Of a DNA stretch of 18,279 nt, positions 15,966-18,279 are shown piece after piece. This DNA comes from a bacterium (GTDB lineage: Bacteria; Hydrothermota; 32-111), in NCBI GenBank assembly GCA_046484245.1, contig JAWOBN010000050.1:1-18279 (forward strand). Reading direction: 5' to 3'. A program made the position numbers and the translations under genes. The notes under the pieces were generated by a model that had not been told where the DNA came from, searched no databases, and saw only the letters and a program-made list of their open reading frames with translations. Each line of letters begins with the position of its first letter. Within the stretch, counting starts at the first letter, position 1.

Positions 15966-17087
15966 TTACTCCAGATATTTTATATAGCACCGTCGTGTTT
16001 TATGATGCCTGCGTTCAAAGTGCTTCCAGAAGGACTGCACCTTTCTGTTTGATTCAAGTTCACCGCTTGTTTCCGCGCTCTTTATACCCCTCTTGATGCA
16101 TGACTCAATCATATATGACATCAGGACTGCATTGAGCCCCATATTCCTGTATTTATTCCTCACACCGACAAGATAGAGGTCAATTTGTGAAGGGAATTTC
16201 ATTGCCCAGAGCAGATGAATAAAACCAAACGGGAATATCCTTCCCCCTGCTCTCTGAAGTGCTGCGGAAAGAGACGGCATAGCTATGCCGAAACCTGCTA
16301 CTTCATTACTCTCATCAAGAAGGATCGGCACAAAATCAGGGTCTATGAATGAGAAGTACTGTTCTGTATAGAATTCAACCTGCTTCTCATTGAGTTCAAC
16401 AACGCCATAGAGGTCACTGTATGATTCATTGATCACCTCAAATATACCGGGCACATAGTCAAGCAGTTCTTTCCTCCTTTTGGTCTCAAGGAGTCTCACT
16501 CCGGTCTTTTCAAGCACTATATCCCTGACCCTTTCAATCTTGGGCGGTATGGACTCAGGCACCTTCACCTCAAACTCATACCAGTCAACATCCTTGATGT
16601 ATCCGTATTCCTCAAGATACTGCGGATAGTAACTGTAATTGTATATCATGGGCAATGTCCCCATTTCATCAAAACCCTCAACAAGCATGCCCTCAGGGTC
16701 AAGGTCTGTAAACCCCAATGGACCGTTTACTGCCTCCATATTCTCTTCTATTGCCCATTGCTCCACTGCCTCCAGTAATTTAAAGGCAATATCCCTGTCT
16801 TCAATAAAATCTATCCACCCGAACCTCATGTACTGTTTACCGGATTTATCATTGTATTTCTCATTGATAATACCCGCAATCCTGCCGGCTGGTTTATCGT
16901 CTTTGTAAGCCATGAAAAACTTCACCCTGCAGTATTCAAAAGCGGGATTCTCACTGCTGAATGTTTTTATGTCATCGGGAATAAGGGGCGGTACCCAGTA
17001 TTTACATGTCCTGTATATTTTAAAGGGGAATGTGATGAATTGTTTTATATCCTTTCTGTCAATTTCCCTGATTGATATCACTGCCAC
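15966..17087 (-). CDS. GNAT-fold acyltransferase, YghO / bacterial ceramide-synthase-like family
   Basis: WVPPL, NPAFE, GRIAGIIN, RFGWIDF.ED, GPLGFTD.DPEGMLVEGF, YNY.YY, LVGV...YR..GL, ELESN; SD AGGAG before GTG. Confidence 0.72.
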   Translation of the reverse strand: MAVISIREIDRKDIKQFITFPFKIYRTCKYWVPPLIPDDIKTFSSENPAFEYCRVKFFMAYKDDKPAGRIAGIINEKYNDKSGKQYMRFGWIDFIEDRDIAFKLLEAVEQWAIEENMEAVNGPLGFTDLDPEGMLVEGFDEMGTLPMIYNYSYYPQYLEEYGYIKDVDWYEFEVKVPESIPPKIERVRDIVLEKTGVRLLETKRRKELLDYVPGIFEVINESYSDLYGVVELNEKQVEFYTEQYFSFIDPDFVPILLDESNEVAGFGIAMPSLSAALQRAGGRIFPFGFIHLLWAMKFPSQIDLYLVGVRNKYRNMGLNAVLMSYMIESCIKRGIKSAETSGELESNRKVQSFWKHFERRHHKTRRCYIKYLE

Positions 17088-17706
17088 CGGTTCTCTCCTT
17101 GATATAATTGCTGAAGATATCCGCGAACCTCTCCTTCAGGAGATTCTCATCCAGTGTAAAGTACTGTCTGACTATCTCCCTGCGGGGCAGGCCAAAATCA
17201 AGTGAATTGATGCTGAACTCTGCACCGAGGGGAAAATAGAATTCATCCTCAATCCTGTTCATACTCTCTTTCATCTCTGCCTCACCCTTCAATGACTGTC
17301 TGTATGTATCAATATGCTCCCTCTCGGGAAATGATGCACCTGAAAGATCATTGAGTGCATGTGCAATATGCCTCAAATGATTCTTGAGAAGCAGTGTGTA
17401 TTTTGCAGAACTGTCCACAGAATCAAACTGTTTCCTGACCTTCTCCGGTATATCCTTGACAAGTGCATCAGCACCTGATTTCTCAGTACTGTCCATCTCA
17501 AGTATATCCAGATGCAGGGAAACAAGATAATGCTTCACAGCTGCAAATCTGTCGTCAAGCAGATAGTATATCTTTCCCAGTGAATAGTATGCCTCACTGT
17601 CAAACCTGTCTGATTCCAGCACATTGCCCAATACCTTTATAGCCCCAATATAATCATCCGCCTTCTTGAGCCTCAATGCCTCCTGCAGCAATTTGCCTCT
17701 GTCCAA
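17059..17706 (-). CDS. Hypothetical protein with N-terminal TPR
   Basis: SD GAGGAG before TTG; TPR-like DYIGAIKVL...SEAYYSLGKIYYLLDD..AAVKHY; codon style matches neighbours. Confidence 0.7.
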   Translation of the reverse strand: MDRGKLLQEALRLKKADDYIGAIKVLGNVLESDRFDSEAYYSLGKIYYLLDDRFAAVKHYLVSLHLDILEMDSTEKSGADALVKDIPEKVRKQFDSVDSSAKYTLLLKNHLRHIAHALNDLSGASFPEREHIDTYRQSLKGEAEMKESMNRIEDEFYFPLGAEFSINSLDFGLPRREIVRQYFTLDENLLKERFADIFSNYIKERTGGSDINQGN

Positions 17707-17752
17707 TGCAACTCCTCATAAAACCATATTTCAATAACTAACTGCCATTTAC

Positions 17753-17779
17753 ATTATAACAATTCCCCCCAAAAATCAA
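17753..17779 (-). promoter_or_regulatory. Possible extended -10 promoter of the TPR-GNAT-TPR unit
   Basis: Minus strand: TTGATT-15 nt-TATAAT, with TGn immediately before the -10. Confidence 0.45.
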
Positions 17780-17821
17780 CCCCTCCAAATCCCGGGGACG
17801 GTGGTTGCAATTTAAGCAATT

Positions 17822-18277
17822 TTATCCTTTCTGTATCATCCTACCAATTGTTGTCGGATGAAAGCCTATTTCTTTGGCTATATCCGATTGATTATATCCC
17901 TGTTTCAGAAGCGTTATAATTATTTTACTTAATTTCTGCTTCTCAGATTTGCTTCTATGTTTATGAAACACCTTCCTGTCCAAACCATTGGCATTTAACA
18001 GTGAATCTACTATTTGTTTCAGTGTTTTGGTGCGTCTCTCCTTTTTCTTGCTCTTCTCTCTGCCCGGTTTGCGCTTGAGCAGTTTATTGTATTCCTCTTT
18101 GGTGCCTATTACGCCCTTGTATGTCTCAAACTCCCTGTCCGTTATACTCCTGTCATAATCTATCCTCTTCAATTGCTCTATATAACTCTTCTTGCCCTCA
18201 TAGAATCCGGCACTGGAAAACGGGTAATCACTCTCTTTACTCACTATGCCTGCATCAACGGGATTATAGTGTATATA
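17822..18277 (-). mobile_element. RAYT-like Y1 (HUH) tyrosine transposase with C-terminal HTH, 5' part outside the window
   Basis: Frame is open to the window edge: YIHYNPVDAGIVSKESDYPFSSAGFY matches the RAYT YIxxNPxxAG...Y.(W/F)SS signature. C-terminal HTH GYNQSDIAKEIGFHPTTIGRMI. Confidence 0.82.
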
Positions 18278-18279
18278 AT

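Noticed and set aside
1044..17205. Numerous short antisense or alternate-frame ORFs in the track (e.g. 4298-4696, 9590-10114, 10834-11349, 14384-14851)
   Set aside because: They lie within or across well-supported genes and show no protein motifs; shadow ORFs.

Overview
Bacterial, probably anaerobic, chromosomal window. Bases 1 to ~725 are an internal fragment of pheT with a different codon style. It is fused mid-gene to a 5'-truncated transketolase, most likely through a chimeric or misassembly junction. The rest is coherent: split transketolase-ftsE-ftsX (+); a long PIMT/pcm-type methyltransferase (actually on the minus strand, mislabelled + in the ORF track); a CDF transporter and a GAF/HD-GYP phosphodiesterase (+); a minus-strand oxidative-stress cluster ogg-perR-peroxiredoxin-hrb-fprA-ferritin-acyl-ACP thioesterase; iorAB (+); TPR, GNAT and TPR genes (-); and the 3' half of a RAYT-like Y1 transposase at the right edge. 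The most unusual signals are non-coding. Three genes share an exact TTGAnA-N16-TAnnnT-N6-ATG (leaderless-type) architecture. A ~95-nt element is duplicated directly behind the promoters of the two repair genes (pcm, ogg), and one copy extends into a hammerhead-like fold. The 630-nt intergenic region before iorA is rich in repeats. All calls come from reading motifs by eye; no searches were run.
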